A stretch of DNA of 64,000 nt, taken from contig MU057880.1 of assembly GCA_013265495.1 (NCBI GenBank), positions 1,518,527 through 1,582,526 on the forward strand, given 5' to 3'. Below are positions 1 through 12,285 of the stretch, in pieces (the stretch's first letter is position 1; each line of letters opens with the position of its first letter). A program made the position numbers and the translations under genes. This DNA is from Vicugna vicugna. Taxonomy: Eukaryota. The notes beneath the pieces were generated by a model. It saw nothing but the letters and a program-made list of their open reading frames with translations, ran no database searches and was not told the DNA's origin.

Positions 1-129
1 AAAATAAAAGTAAACTAGACATGAGTGGATAGAGTACAGGGTAAAGTAGAATCTTTTTTTTCCAGTAAAGTGGGATGATGGGTCTGGGACAGACAGCTAA
101 CTGTGAGATAAAGGAATTGCATTATTTAT

Positions 130-810
130 AAATGCGTTGGAAAAGCGCATTGGACTGGCTGTTACCAAGTAGAGTCCTGTACTTACCTTTCCACAGTCAA
201 CAAATGTAAAACTTGATAACATTTATGAAGCAACTTCTGTTAAGCATTAGAAACTGAAAGCATAAGGATAGAATCTTTGAGAGAAGGAACGTCTAAGAGG
301 TGCGTCCGCAGTCACCCCAGCGTTTTGCCTGGAGCACTTTTCAAACCTTGACCCAGGCACGTGGATCCCAAACACAGAGCAACAGACTCTCTGGGAAGAG
401 GAGGCAGAGATCAGATGTCACGGTTGCTGTGGCATCTGGATCTGGGGGGCAAGGTACCAACGGTGAGCTAGCGCCTCAAGAAAAAGGTCCAGAAATCTGC
501 AAAGGTGCTTCCTTGAGTCTTTGACCAAAAACTAAACTGTATATGTGGAGAATGAGACTCCATCAGGCCTGGAAGGAAGAAAACAAAAACAAAAAATCCA
601 CAAAAACTCTTCAGAGGGCTCGGAGCTGAATAGAGAGTTCATAATTCAAGCAGTGCTGGAAAATATGAGCCAGAAAGGAGCAATCTTGGGTAACATTTCA
701 AATATTCAGATGAGACCCCAGAAAGACCACGTCTTATGAGTAAGGTTCCTTTAGTCCTAGGGTAAAAGCTGCTTTAGATTTGTCCTTACAAAACTTAAAA
801 CAGAACCCTG
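130..810 (+). mobile_element. Ancient LINE-1 5' region (L1M4/L1MC-like), degenerate
   Basis: Resembles old L1M 5'UTR sequence (e.g. CCAGAAATCTGCAAAGG..TCCTTGAGTCTTTG, CAGATGAGACCCCAGAAAG..CTTAAAACA). An ORF1 remnant follows at ~1200-1810. Confidence 0.55.
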
Positions 811-1139
811 TTTTTTTTAATTATCTATAAGACAATTTTAGTTTGACAAAAATGTTATAAATACTTTGAGTACATTTCTCACTGGTTAATTCATTTTATA
901 GTTAATTAACTTGTGTACAAAGACAGTCCTTTCCTGTATGATTGCATTAAAAAACACCCATTGTCAACAGATAAAAAGCAATTTACATCACATCAAAGAT
1001 AATCATTTTAGTAAATGAAAAACAATCTCTGTGCCTTTTCTTGAGCTCTTCAATAGAATTATTCTTCAATCTTGATTTCTCTATATGATTAAATATTACA
1101 TGCACTTTTTTTTCAGATTTCATATAAACATCATTAAAA

Positions 1140-1810
1140 ATCATCAGTAAATATATTAACTGCTAAAATAAAACTCTACATTCTATGATGGGGAAAAAAT
1201 AGACTGTCAACAGAGTAGCATCCACAAGTTCATCAGACAATGGAAAATAACAGACATACAAAGAAGCAAGAAAATGTGACCTATAACTAAAAGAAAAACA
1301 GAGTTGACAGAAACAAAAACAGAGATGACAACAATGTTGAAATAGCTATTATAAAAATTTCAATAATTTAAAGGAAAAAAATGTACACAATGGACAAAGA
1401 AATGGAGGATGTTTTTGGAGATACAGACACAATAAAAAAGAACCAAATGCAAATTCTAAAACTACAAACAATGTATGAATTCAGAAATTACTAGATAGGC
1501 TTAACAGAAGTTTGAGCATTGAAGACTGATCAATAGAAGCTATTAGAACTTCAACACTGAGTGGAAAAAAAGAAAGAAAAATCTCAGTAATTTGTGGGAA
1601 AATATCAGGTAGTCTGCCATTAAGTAACTGGAGTCCCAGAAGGAGATAAAAGAGAAGTTGAGAAACAACAATTGTATGAATATATGATTTCCAAAACGTC
1701 TCCTAACTTAATGGAAAATATGCTCAATATCCTTCAAACAGAATTTTTTTTTGAAAAGAACGCTCATCTACATCATAGTAAAATTGTTGGAAATCAAAAG
1801 TAAAGAGAAT
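1140..1810 (+). mobile_element. Ancient L1 ORF1 remnant
   Basis: A-rich, decayed ORF1-like sequence (AAGAACCAAATGCAAATTCTAAAAC, TTGTGGGAAAATATCAGG, GTAACTGGAGTCCCAGAAGGAG, CATCATAGTAAAATTGTTG) with many stops. Confidence 0.7.
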
Positions 1811-1814
1811 TGCT

Positions 1815-3677
1815 TCAAAAATAATAAAAATATCTAGGAATACATTTAACCAAAGAGATGAACGATCTGTACATTGACAACTATAAAATATTGACAAAAG
1901 AAATTGAAGCCACAAATAAATGGAAAGATATCTCATGTTTATGAATTGGAGGGATTCATATTATTAAAATGTTTATACTAATGAAAGTGACTGACAGATT
2001 CAATGCAATCCCTATCAAAATTCCAATGACAATTTTCACAGAAATAGAACAAACAGTCCTAAAATACATATAGAGCCACAAAACATCCTGCAAATCTAAA
2101 TAATCTTAAGGAAGAAGCAGAAAGCTGGACACAACATGATTTCTGATTTCAAATTGTATTACAAAGCAATAGTAATCAAAATAGTATGGTACCAGCGTAA
2201 AAACGGACACAAAGATCAATGGAGCAGAATAGAGTCCAGAAATAAACCCATACACATATGGTTAATTAATTTACAGTGAAAGAGCCAAAAATATATAATG
2301 GGGAAAGGGCATTCTCTTCAATATATAGTATTGGAAAAACTAGACAACCACATGTAAAAAAAAAAAAAACTACACTACTATCTTACACCATACACAAAAA
2401 TCAATTCAAAATGGATTAAGGACTTGAATGTCAATCCTGAAACATAGATCTCCTAGAAGAAAACATAGGGAAAAGGCTCCTTGACCTTGGTTTTGATGAT
2501 TTTTTTTTAATTTGACAAGACATGCAAAAGCAAAATAATAATAATAATAATAATAATAAACAAATGAGACTATATCAAAGTAAAATGTTTCTGCAAAAGA
2601 AACCATCAACCAAATGCAGTGGCAACCTACAGAATGGGAGACAATTTGCAAATCATATATCTGATTAGGGATTACTACCCAAAATATATAGTTAACATAT
2701 ACAACTCAATAGCAAAACACACAATGGCTAAAAAATGGCTAAAGGATCCAAATAGATTGCTTTCCAAACAAGATATACAAATGACCAACAGGTACATGAA
2801 AAGGTGCTCAACATCACTAATCATCAGAAAATACAGATCAAACCCATGAGCTGTCATACCGGTTATGATGGTTTTTATGCTAAAGTCAAAAGGTAACAAG
2901 GATATGGAAAAAAGGGAACTCTTACACTACTGGTGTAAACTGGTAAATTGGTGCAGCCATTATGGAAAACAGTGTGGAGATTCCTCCAAAAGTTAAAAAT
3001 GGAGCTACTCCATGGTCCAGCAATCTCACATCTGGGTATATAGCTGAAGGAAATAAAACCTGGATCTCAAAGAGGCATCTGCTCTCTTATGTTGATTGCA
3101 GCATTATTTACAATATCCAAGTTATGGGAATGACCTACATAGTCCATCATGAATGTTAGAAAATATGGTGTATGTATAGAGTGGAATACTATTCAGCCAT
3201 AACAAAGAAGGGAATTTTAGCATTTACCACAGCATAGGTGAACCTGGAGGACACTGTGCTAAGTGAAATAAGCCAGAAACAGAAAGACAAATACTGCATG
3301 ATTTTAGCTGTATTTGGTATCTAAAGGAGTTGAACTCACAATAAGAGAGAGTAGAGTGGTGTTATCAGGGCAGAAACATGGGAGAAACGGGAACATGTTG
3401 GCTGAATAGTGTACATTTTCAGTTATAAGTCAAGTTGTTCTGTTGACCTAATGTCAGATAGTGGCTGAAGTCAATGATAATTTATTGCATACTTGAAATC
3501 TGGTGAGAGAGTAGATCTCATGTGTCCTCACCAGACACACAAACAAAGGTGAGGTGATGGGTATGGTAATTAAGTTCATTGTGATGGTCATTTCATATTT
3601 TATATGTATGCCAAAGCATCACATTGTACCTGTTGAATGTTCACAATTTTTATCTGTCAATCATATTTCAATAAAGC
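1815..3677 (+). mobile_element. 5'-truncated L1 (L1MA-late-like): decayed ORF2 C-terminal half plus 3'UTR
   Basis: Broken ORF2 peptides (e.g. DIQMTNRYMKRCSTSLIIR in ORF 2619-2849). Typical 3'UTR ending TCAATAAAGCTGGAAAA. Confidence 0.9.
2533..2559 (+). repeat. (TAA)n microsatellite inside L1
   Basis: About 9 perfect TAA/AAT units. Confidence 0.95.
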
Positions 3678-3679
3678 TG

Positions 3680-3850
3680 GAAAAGATGACCTATAAAGGC
3701 ACTCATAGATTAAAAATAAAACAGAAAATATACATATATATCATGCAGCCTAATGATGAAACAGCTGGAATAGCTATATTAATATTAGATAAAATAGATG
3801 TCAAGAAAATAACTATTACCAGATACAAAGAGTGGCATTTTATAGTAGTG
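3680..3850 (+). mobile_element. Ancient L1 ORF2 endonuclease-domain remnant
   Basis: Translation YKGTHRLKIK...AGIAILILDKIDVKKITITRYKEWHFI matches the L1 EN motif (AGVAILISDKIDFK...RDKEGHYI). Confidence 0.8.
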
Positions 3851-4549
3851 AAATTTCCTTATGACGTCATAAACTACATTGAAGAAAGGCTAAGGAGTAC
3901 TTTGAGGATACGAGAGGAAAAAATAGAATACTTTGTTTCCTTTTTAATTTTAATGACCATGATCATTTCTCAGGGTGCCTATATGTAAAACTGCTTATCA
4001 GTTTTAGTAATTGCCATGACTTTTATTTTAGGATTTTCATGATTATGTCATACATCTTGGTTGTCTTTGTAATAGTCACATCTTTGTTCTCGCTTGCTCC
4101 AGAACTCTCATTTTGCTTGTTAGCAAATACCATCCATCCCAGAAAACAGATGATGGTTGGTCTCTGTCAATCAGAGCACTCTCTTTCCATTTTTCTAACG
4201 AAGGAAATAGATGTGGCCTTGTGTCTAAGGTGATTTAATACAATCGCCTTAGTGTCTACACATATATCATAGTTTATTTTTAGGAAGCAAACACAGAAAA
4301 TAAATAAAAACAATCATAATTTGTAAGTAAATTAGTAAGTTGATTTAGTTAAGTTAGTTATTTAGTGAGTTATTTCTGTTAGTAATTTAAATGCTGTAAA
4401 TCCATGGATGCAGGTATTATAGTAACACAGAAGAGAGGCTTCTGATTTAGTCTTTCTGAGATGGACAAAGTATTGCTTCCAGTGACATTTTACCTTTATT
4501 TCATAGAAAATTAGTTAGTGGAAAATGGCCAAAGGTTGGACTAGATCAT

Positions 4550-4716
4550 TACTATCCCATAGAATGGTTTCTGTGATGATGAAGATGTTCTATATTTGCA
4601 CATGCAGCTAATAAGCACTCTAATTATGGCTCATGTGATACAGAAATCGAGTTTTTAACTTAAAAATTTTTAATTTATATAGTAGCATGTGACTAATAAC
4701 TATCACATTAACAGTG
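4550..4716. mobile_element. hAT-Charlie MITE relic (MER3-like)
   Basis: TAGAA..TTCTGTGATGATGAAGATGTTCTATAT...AGCATGTGACTAATAACTA resembles MER3. Confidence 0.55.
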
Positions 4717-5028
4717 AAGCTCCAGAAGAGAGAAGAAGCATGGAAAGTGCGTATAAGTTTGAGCTCTGTGGATCGAAGTGTATGTGCTAAGATGCTTTGG
4801 GAAAAGAGGGCTGTTCTTCAAGTTATGGAGGAATACACAGCTATGCAGGAGAGTTTGAAATTTCAAATTCTAAGGGCAGGGGGCCTATCAGAGTCTTTTA
4901 AGAAGGGAATGCTGAAGCCAATTAACGTTTCAAAATAGCAGAGGTGATGCAGAGGAAGACCAGAGACCATCCCAATTAGAAGACTGGTCCATGTGATGCA
5001 TCCTGAGGACTAAAGCAGGGGCAGTGAA

Positions 5029-5078
5029 AGAGAGACAGACAGACAGACAGACAGAGAGACAGAGACAGAGAGACAGAG
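5029..5078 (+). repeat. (GACA)/(GA) compound microsatellite
   Basis: Directly visible. Confidence 0.9.
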
Positions 5079-5379
5079 GGAAGAGCAGCATGTGTTCATT
5101 TAATTGCTGTGTAGGGGGTAGAACTGACCAGAGCAGGGAATACATTGAGTGTGACTTGTTGAGGGGTGGGGACTACTAAGGGTGACCCAGGTTTGGTTCA
5201 GAGGAAGATGCTTATAATCTTACATAACTGAGGTTGAGATGGATCTGAACTTCCAAAGAGAGGCGACCTCTTCCCACACTGACAAAGGCCTTTCTGCCCT
5301 CCTGGCTGGCTCTGAGAAGAGATGGAGTAGCCCAGGGCACGGTGCGACTCTCTCCCTGTGTCTCCCCATTTGTGATCTC

Positions 5380-6362
5380 AGGTCCCACCCGGCTTTACAG
5401 GCTGATGACTCTCAAACGAGCACTGCCTTCCTGATCACTCCACTGATCTTTAGACGCGCATGCCTGCTGCCTACCTGATATTCTAAGTGAATGTGTAATA
5501 TGCACTTCCTATTTAATACGGGGCACAATACAGTTCTTGATGACTGCCACCCGCCAAATTCCCCCAGGCAACATTTCCCCAGGCACTCGTACTCAAAACC
5601 TGGGACTCATTCCTGATTCCTTCTGTTTCTTAATCTATATCCAAGTTATTAGCAAGACATTTCACTGTTCAAAAGTAGATTCAGTGTCTGTTCATTTTCC
5701 TATGTCTTCTCTGAGACTTCCCAGTTCCAAGAAACATCAGTTCTTAACTGAACCATCAACTCAGCCTCCTACCTGAAGGTCTAGATTTCCTTAATGTATA
5801 TATCCTGTTCTTCAGCAAGCAGGCAAGTGGGATGTTGTCAAAACAAACCTAATCACAGACATTTGCGGGGACTGGACCTTCAACTTCCTTCAGTTTCCAT
5901 CACACACTCAGAGCGAGTTCCCATCCCTGCATACCTTACCTACGCCTCCCCGCTCCTTCAGCTTTCTGTTTCTCAGCACATCAAGTTCGTTGCTCCCTTA
6001 AGGCCATGGTACTTGCTGACTCCTTTACCTGGAATGCTTTGCCTCCTTTTCCTTCCTTGGTCAGCACCCAGTTATCATGGAAGGCTCAGCTAGGGGTGGT
6101 CTTTTCTGATGGTCACTAGCCTGATAGAGTTACTGTGCCATAATCGTGTGTTGCGTTCTTTACGTCCTAGCACTTAGACTATAAAACCATCATATTTATG
6201 CACTTGCTTATTTTTTTACTCTCTTCTCACATGAACATGGGATAGCTGTGAGATAAAAGACCTTGTCTCTCTTGTTTACTCCTATTTCGAACAGACAGAA
6301 TTATCCCTGCTATCTGAGGAACATGCAATCAGGAACTCGGAATGAATGAGTAAATGAAAGAA
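5380..6362 (+). mobile_element. L2 LINE 3' fragment
   Basis: L2-like blocks (GCTGATGACTCTCAAA, AAACCTGGGACTCATTCCTGATTCC, GACCTTGTCTCTCTTGTT) and terminal GAATGAATGAGTAAATGAA. Confidence 0.75.
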
Positions 6363-6639
6363 CGAGGTGCTGCGTAACAGGTAGGATGAGAAGATGCAAG
6401 GGTCATAACACAGTGGTGCTTCAGTGTGGAAGCTGAGACTAGAGGAACATAGCAAAACAGCCGGGAGAGGGCAAAAGAAACACAGCTCAACTTTATGTAG
6501 CAGGTTTGGTACCTGGTGTGGATTTGGTACCTGGTGGGATACAGCCATCGGGGCACATGTAGAAAGGAGTTCAGCAGTACTAGCATCAGGTGATTAGATG
6601 CCATTATTTGAGCATCACGTCTCCATGGCAACCCTCTGA

Positions 6640-6780
6640 GGTACTTTTTCACTTGCTTTAATGATGAGGAAAGTGAGCTTAGACATGTAAATCACTTTCT
6701 CGAAGTTGCCTACATGATCAGTGGCAGAACCAGAATTTTCGTCCAAGTCATCTGATCTTTAATCTTTGCACTGTTAGCCC
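6640..6780 (-). mobile_element. MIR SINE
   Basis: Core GATGAGGAAAGTGAGCTTAGA...CAGTGGCAGAACCAGAATT. Confidence 0.7.
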
Positions 6781-7725
6781 TTTCTGACATTTTACATAAG
6801 GTTAGGACTTGTAAATAGGCTAGATTTTATGACTGTGAGGTGCAGGAGTCTTCAGAGAAGGGGTTTTGTTGGGATGGCGCTAATGCCTTCCTTATTGTGG
6901 TTTGGGAAAAGCTGGCTGTGAAGGGATGGGAGCCCCAGCACAGTCCCAGAGAAGTAAGAACGTTGTTCTCACTGTTGCTTCTTTTTGCCTTTTTTTTTTT
7001 TTTTGAGATCAGATGAAAAAACTTAGGAAGAGAATGAAGGGGAAGGAGGGAAGGTTTAAAATACACAAGAAAGGAGACAACCGATGGATCGTGGTCATAC
7101 GAAAGTAGAGAGAGGACGTCAGTAGCACGATTGGATGACTGGGCTTTGGTAGAAAGAAAGACCGCTCCTCCTGCAAGAGAAGGCTGGAAAGAGAGGTGTG
7201 GTGCAGCTGACTACGCACAGAAGCAAGAAGATGAGAACGCTAAAGGCAAGACAAAAAGTGATGGAGACGATGCTTTGTGAGGATCAGATGACAGTGGGGG
7301 AGAAGTCTAGGCGTCTAGGAGGTGGATTAAAGATGGGGTAATCAATTTCTCCAAGGACGGAAGCCACAGAGTCTGGTAGAGTGGGGACATTTCAGGAAGA
7401 AAGCTACATGAATATGAGTTTAGTGCTAGTGAGATGGGTCCAAATTAAGATTTTTGGCTTTTTGGATTGAAGATCATGAGCCTGAGGTTATTCGCAGGAA
7501 AATTCCAGCTGCTTTTTGTGATAGATGATTGACTGACTAGTGAGATTTTGATGGACTTATCTGTGTTCATGGCTCTGGCCTTCTAGGTTTAGAAGCTGGT
7601 CTTTATTCCAGTATAAGCACAGATGACCAGCCACTTAGGGAACACCGGTACGGAGGGAGCTCCCCCTTTCTGGTACTTGGAATGCTCATATATATTAACC
7701 TCTCAGAGCCCAATTTGTAGGTATC

Positions 7726-8700
7726 CAGAAAACCATTATGGCAACTGGATCTTTTTAATGAACATGGGATTAGAACAAACGAGGCCCATAGTCTTTAGCG
7801 TCATTTTGTACAGATCATAGCAGCAATGTCCATGCAAACACTCCACCCTATAAGAAAAAGGGTAACTCTAGTAATTAGTACTCTTATTTATTGAGTTATA
7901 GTCAGTTTACAATGTTGTGTCAATTTCCAGTGTATAACATAATATTTCAGTCACATGTATACATACATATATTCATTTTCATATTCTTTTTCATTATCGT
8001 TTACTACAAGATATTGAATACAGTTCCCTGTGCTATACAGAAGAAACTTGTTTATCTATTTTATGTATAGTAGTTATTATCTGCAAATCCTAAACTCCCA
8101 ATTTATCCCTTCCTACCTGCTCCTGTACCGGGTAACTATAAGTTTGTTTTCTATGCCTTTGAGTCTGTTTCCATTTTGTAAATAAGTTCATTTGTTCCTT
8201 TTTTTTTTTTACAGAAAACCATTATGGCAACTGGATCTTTTTAATGAACATGGGATTAGAACAAACGAGGCCCATAGTCTTTAGCGTCATTTTGTACAGA
8301 TCATAGCAGCAATGTCCATGCAAGCACTCCACCCTATAAGAGAAAGGGTAACTCTAGTAATTGTACTCTTATTTATTGAAGTATAGTCAGTTTACAATGC
8401 TGTGTCAATTTCCAGTGTATAACATAATATTTCAGTCACATGTATACATACATATATTCATTTTCATATTCTTTTTCATTATCGTTTACTACAAGATATT
8501 GAATACAGTTCCCTGTGCTATACAGAAGAAACTTGTTTATCTATTTTATGTATAGTAGTTATTATCTGCAAATCCTAAACTCCCAATTTATCCCTTCCTA
8601 CCTGCTCCTGTACCGGGTAACTATAAGTTTGTTTTCTATGCCTTTGAGTCTGTTTCCACTTTTTTTTGAAATAAGTTCTTTTGTTTCTTTTTTTTTTTTT
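7726..8700 (+). repeat. 486-bp direct tandem duplication (7726-8211 / 8212-~8700)
   Basis: Both copies begin CAGAAAACCATTATGGCAACTGG and are near-identical up to the poly-T run. Confidence 0.97.
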
Positions 8701-8745
8701 AGATTCCACATATAAGTGATATTACATAGCATTTTTCTTTCTCTT
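7886..8745 (-). mobile_element. Short lineage-specific L1 3'-end insertion (partly duplicated) with 19-bp TSD
   Basis: L1 3'UTR on the minus strand at 7886-8210 and 8371-8745. TSD TCTAGTAATTAGTACTCTT at 7867-7885 and 8746-8764. Confidence 0.9.
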
Positions 8746-9139
8746 TCTAGTAATTAGTACTCTTGTGGACCAAGATTCTGCCTCTCTTTTCACCAGCCAT
8801 GACCCAAAATGGCAGTGGTGTTTCTCTGATCAGTGCTCCCAGGTATTCTCGGCTTTCCTTCTTCATCTTTCTTTCAAATATCATTAAATTAGGTGGTAGT
8901 GATCATTCAAGTATCTGTTTTTCTGTTCTAGGAAATGGTAAGTCTTGTCCAGTATAAATGGATGTACTTAAGTCAGCCCTCAGAGGGCAGTAGCAGTCCC
9001 CTTGTCGTGAAGTCTCGGGACATGTTTCACTATCAACTCTACAAACTGTAAATATTGACCTAGAGGACCATTGCATGTACGGAGCTCAGGACGGGGAAGT
9101 AATGAAAGGAAGGCTGTGGGAATTACTGCTGTACACCAG

Positions 9140-9330
9140 GCAGCTGATCCCAAACTTGTGCTGCTACCAGAATCACCCAAGAAGTTTTTAAAAAAATATA
9201 AAGATTCCAGGATCTTTTCACCAGCCATTGTAATTCAGCAGATCTGGGTCAGGGAACTGAAAAGTTATATTTTTATATAATCAACAGAAGTTTCTAATAA
9301 AATAATACAGGTGTGGAAACCATTTTTAGA
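9140..9330. mobile_element. MER5-like hAT-Charlie MITE
   Basis: CAGAATCACCCAAGAAGTTTTTAAAAAAATA..GATTCC...AATTCAGCAGATCTGGG. Confidence 0.65.
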
Positions 9331-9624
9331 GATAGTGCTGGAACTCTTGAATGTGGAATTCAAATATTTCTCGGGAGATGAATCGATGTTGTCCAAATGC
9401 GTAGACCTGGCTGTGAAGGCAGAGATGGAAAAAGGGCAGTAGGAGAAAAATGATACTCAAGGGACAGCCAGCTATTATTGCAAGGCTAAGATTGGAGGGG
9501 GGCGTGGTTACATATTAAGGGCAATCTGGATTTTGAAGACAAGAGAGAGAGAGATTAACTGTAAGAGGAGAGAGGGTGAAAGATTTATGCAAAAGAGGTC
9601 TGGGGGTAACTGAAGAGGGGGGAT

Positions 9625-9835
9625 TAACTGAGGCATGAGTTTTACTCGGTGGCCACCACGTGCCAGCACGTATAGACGTTCCTATTGTCCCTTACAGAAA
9701 CCCTGCAAGGTAAGTGTTAATATTCCCATTAACTAATGTGGAACTGGGTATTTAAAATCCTTGCACAAATTGCACATTTTAAGGCAACTAATAAATAGAG
9801 TAGACAAGAATTTGATGTGGATTTGCCTGGGTTTT
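9625..9835 (-). mobile_element. MIR SINE
   Basis: CCACGTGCCAGCAC...CCTTACAGAAACCCTGCAAGGTAAGTGTTAATATTCCCATT. Confidence 0.6.
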
Positions 9836-11667
9836 CCTTTCCCTGCTCTTGCGTTTGTGAACAATGTTTAGAATAAGGAGAATGAAGGAGGTTAATGAAT
9901 ATTTGGGAAGAGGGACACTTCTCCTTCAGAGACTCCAGAGAAAGAAGAAGAATGGATGGGAATGAAGAGAAACACAGGGTGGGTGGGGGGTGGTCTGAGA
10001 TTTAAAGACAACAGCAGAACTTCTGAACAATCATCAGGGAGAAACAGCCAAGAGAAATGACTGAATATCAGAAAAGGTGTAGTTTGTCCGTTTCCTGAAC
10101 CACAATTGTGGGAAGAAAAAAATCCAAATTGTGAATGATTTTTCAAGTACTTCTGGAGTTAAATGTAAACACACATTTCTAAAAGCAATTAGTCAGATTT
10201 TCCATTATGTAGAAATACTGTCCTTGAACAGTGAGCCCAAAGAGATCAAACATCAGTTTAAAAAGTAGATTCTTGCCGTAAAATGGAATAAATTAAATTT
10301 AAATAAGCCAAATTATACTTTACAATCACTGGAGAACTGAGTATGTAGCAACACTTTCTTGAGCATCACTTTGTAAAGCAAATGAAAAAAAATCTCATAA
10401 TCTAAACAATCACTGTTTAATGCATTTTTATAATTATGGATTTTCTACGGTGAGCAAGTATTATTTAAAGTAGGTCATACCTGCCATGGAAAATGTTAAC
10501 TAAAAGGAAGCTTTTTAACTATAGATTTTTGTGTGTGTTTACATATTGATTTGTCATTCATATTTGTAGCTCACAGAAGCAAAGAAAGTAATACAAAATT
10601 ACAACCATGTATGGAGTTAATCTTCTCCAAAATGTCGTGAAAAGTGGCATTTCTGTTAGATAAATTATTGCACTTTTTTTAATATGATTTGCATTCACCC
10701 CGCATGAAAGCTGTTGAAATCTATTCCATTTGAAAATTAATTATTTCTGTCTTCAATATTGCCTTTGACAAGGTAAGAAACAGTTGGGTTCATTCTAATT
10801 TGCTTCAAGTACTGGTAATTATAGAGTGTGAAGAAAGCTCTCCACTCAATTCTCTCTAATTATTATAAGACTTATAACACACCTCTTAGAAAAGCAAATT
10901 CTCTGAGTTCATCACCTCTGCCCCTCTGGACATACAATGTAACGTGTTTCTCTTTCTCTCTTTCGGTTTTGTTTAAAGAGAAATATATTATGGAGGCGCC
11001 ATTACAGAATTTTATGGGAAACCACTTTTGAAGGCTTCTTGGTTTAAAACATGGAGCTGACTACAGCCTTCTGAAGGCTTTCATGAGTTTTGTTATCACA
11101 TCTTCTCCATCCTGTATTATTAGAGTGGCGTTATGTATAAATATTCATTCTTGATGACTTTAATTTGGTTTCTGTTCAGGAGTCGAGCCCGTTGAGGTAA
11201 GCTGGAATCTGGATGGTTCTCCCTAGTATTTTGTGACCGATTTTGGGTCGGGTGCAGATGTGAGGGGCGTGTCTTGGGTGCCTTCTGACTCTTCTCTACA
11301 TCGGCCCAGAAGTCCAAGATCTGTGATGCTTTCAGACCTCTCTACGTGCTGACCAGGCGTCAGTCACCAGCTCTTACTGGGGTCGGTTGCACAACGAGTC
11401 TTAGTTTCGCCTTACGGTCGTGTGCTTGCTCACTGTTTTATCCAGACGTACGTGTTAGGAGAGTCACAACATGTTCCCATAGTCTCCTTGTGACTAACTC
11501 ATCTCTAGAATGAGCAAAAGTCCACAAGTGAGAACTGGAGAGGCAGAAGCTACAGGTGGGCTGGGAAGAGGCTGGGAACCAGACCTCAGGCTTCAGTGTG
11601 TATGATCTTACAGCACAGTGGAGCTTTGGAAGGGCTAGGGCTGTATTTCTTTCTGGAATCAGGTAAT

Positions 11668-12285
11668 TGTGGCAGGCAGAATAATGGTCCTGCAAAGGAT
11701 GTCGGTGCACTAATTCTTGGTGCCTGTGAACATGTTAACTTCCACAGCAAAATGGACTTTGAAGATGTAATTAGGGCTGTGTACCTTAGAGCAGGGAAAT
11801 TATCCTGGATGATTGGTGTGGGATCAATCTGATCACATGAGCCTTTAAAAGCAGAGGACACTCCTCAGAGGGTAGAAGGAGGCAGAAGAGAGATACAGCA
11901 GAAGGGGTTTCTCAGCATGAAAAGGATTTGACACACTATTGCTGGCTCTGAGAGGTAGAGGCTTACTTGTAAGGATGGGGGAGAAGCTTCTTCTAGGAGC
12001 TGAGGGAGGCATCTAGAGGAAAGTCAGGAGGAAATGAGGGACCTCAGTCCCACAACCACAAGAACTAGACCTTGCCAACAATCTGAAGGAGCCAGGGACA
12101 GATTCTCCTACAGAGAATCCTCTGTGAGAATCCAGCAGGAAAACACTTTGAGTCCAGCCCGGCGAAGTCCAGCTCGAAGCAGAGGAACCAGACCCTAACC
12201 TACAGGATTGTGAGAAAATCAGTGCGTGATGTTTGAAGCCAATTAATCTGTGTAATCTGCTTAGCAACAATAGAAAATTAATGCA
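11668..12285 (+). mobile_element. MaLR solo LTR (MLT1D/E-like), full length with TSD
   Basis: Starts TGTGGCAGGCAGAATAATGG and ends ...AATAGAAAATTAATGCA. Perfect 5-bp TSD GTAAT at 11663-11667 and 12286-12290. Confidence 0.92.

Noticed and set aside
6503..6540. 18-bp direct duplication TTTGGTACCTGGTG(T)GGA
   Set aside because: Ordinary two-copy slippage duplication, like 47527-47557.
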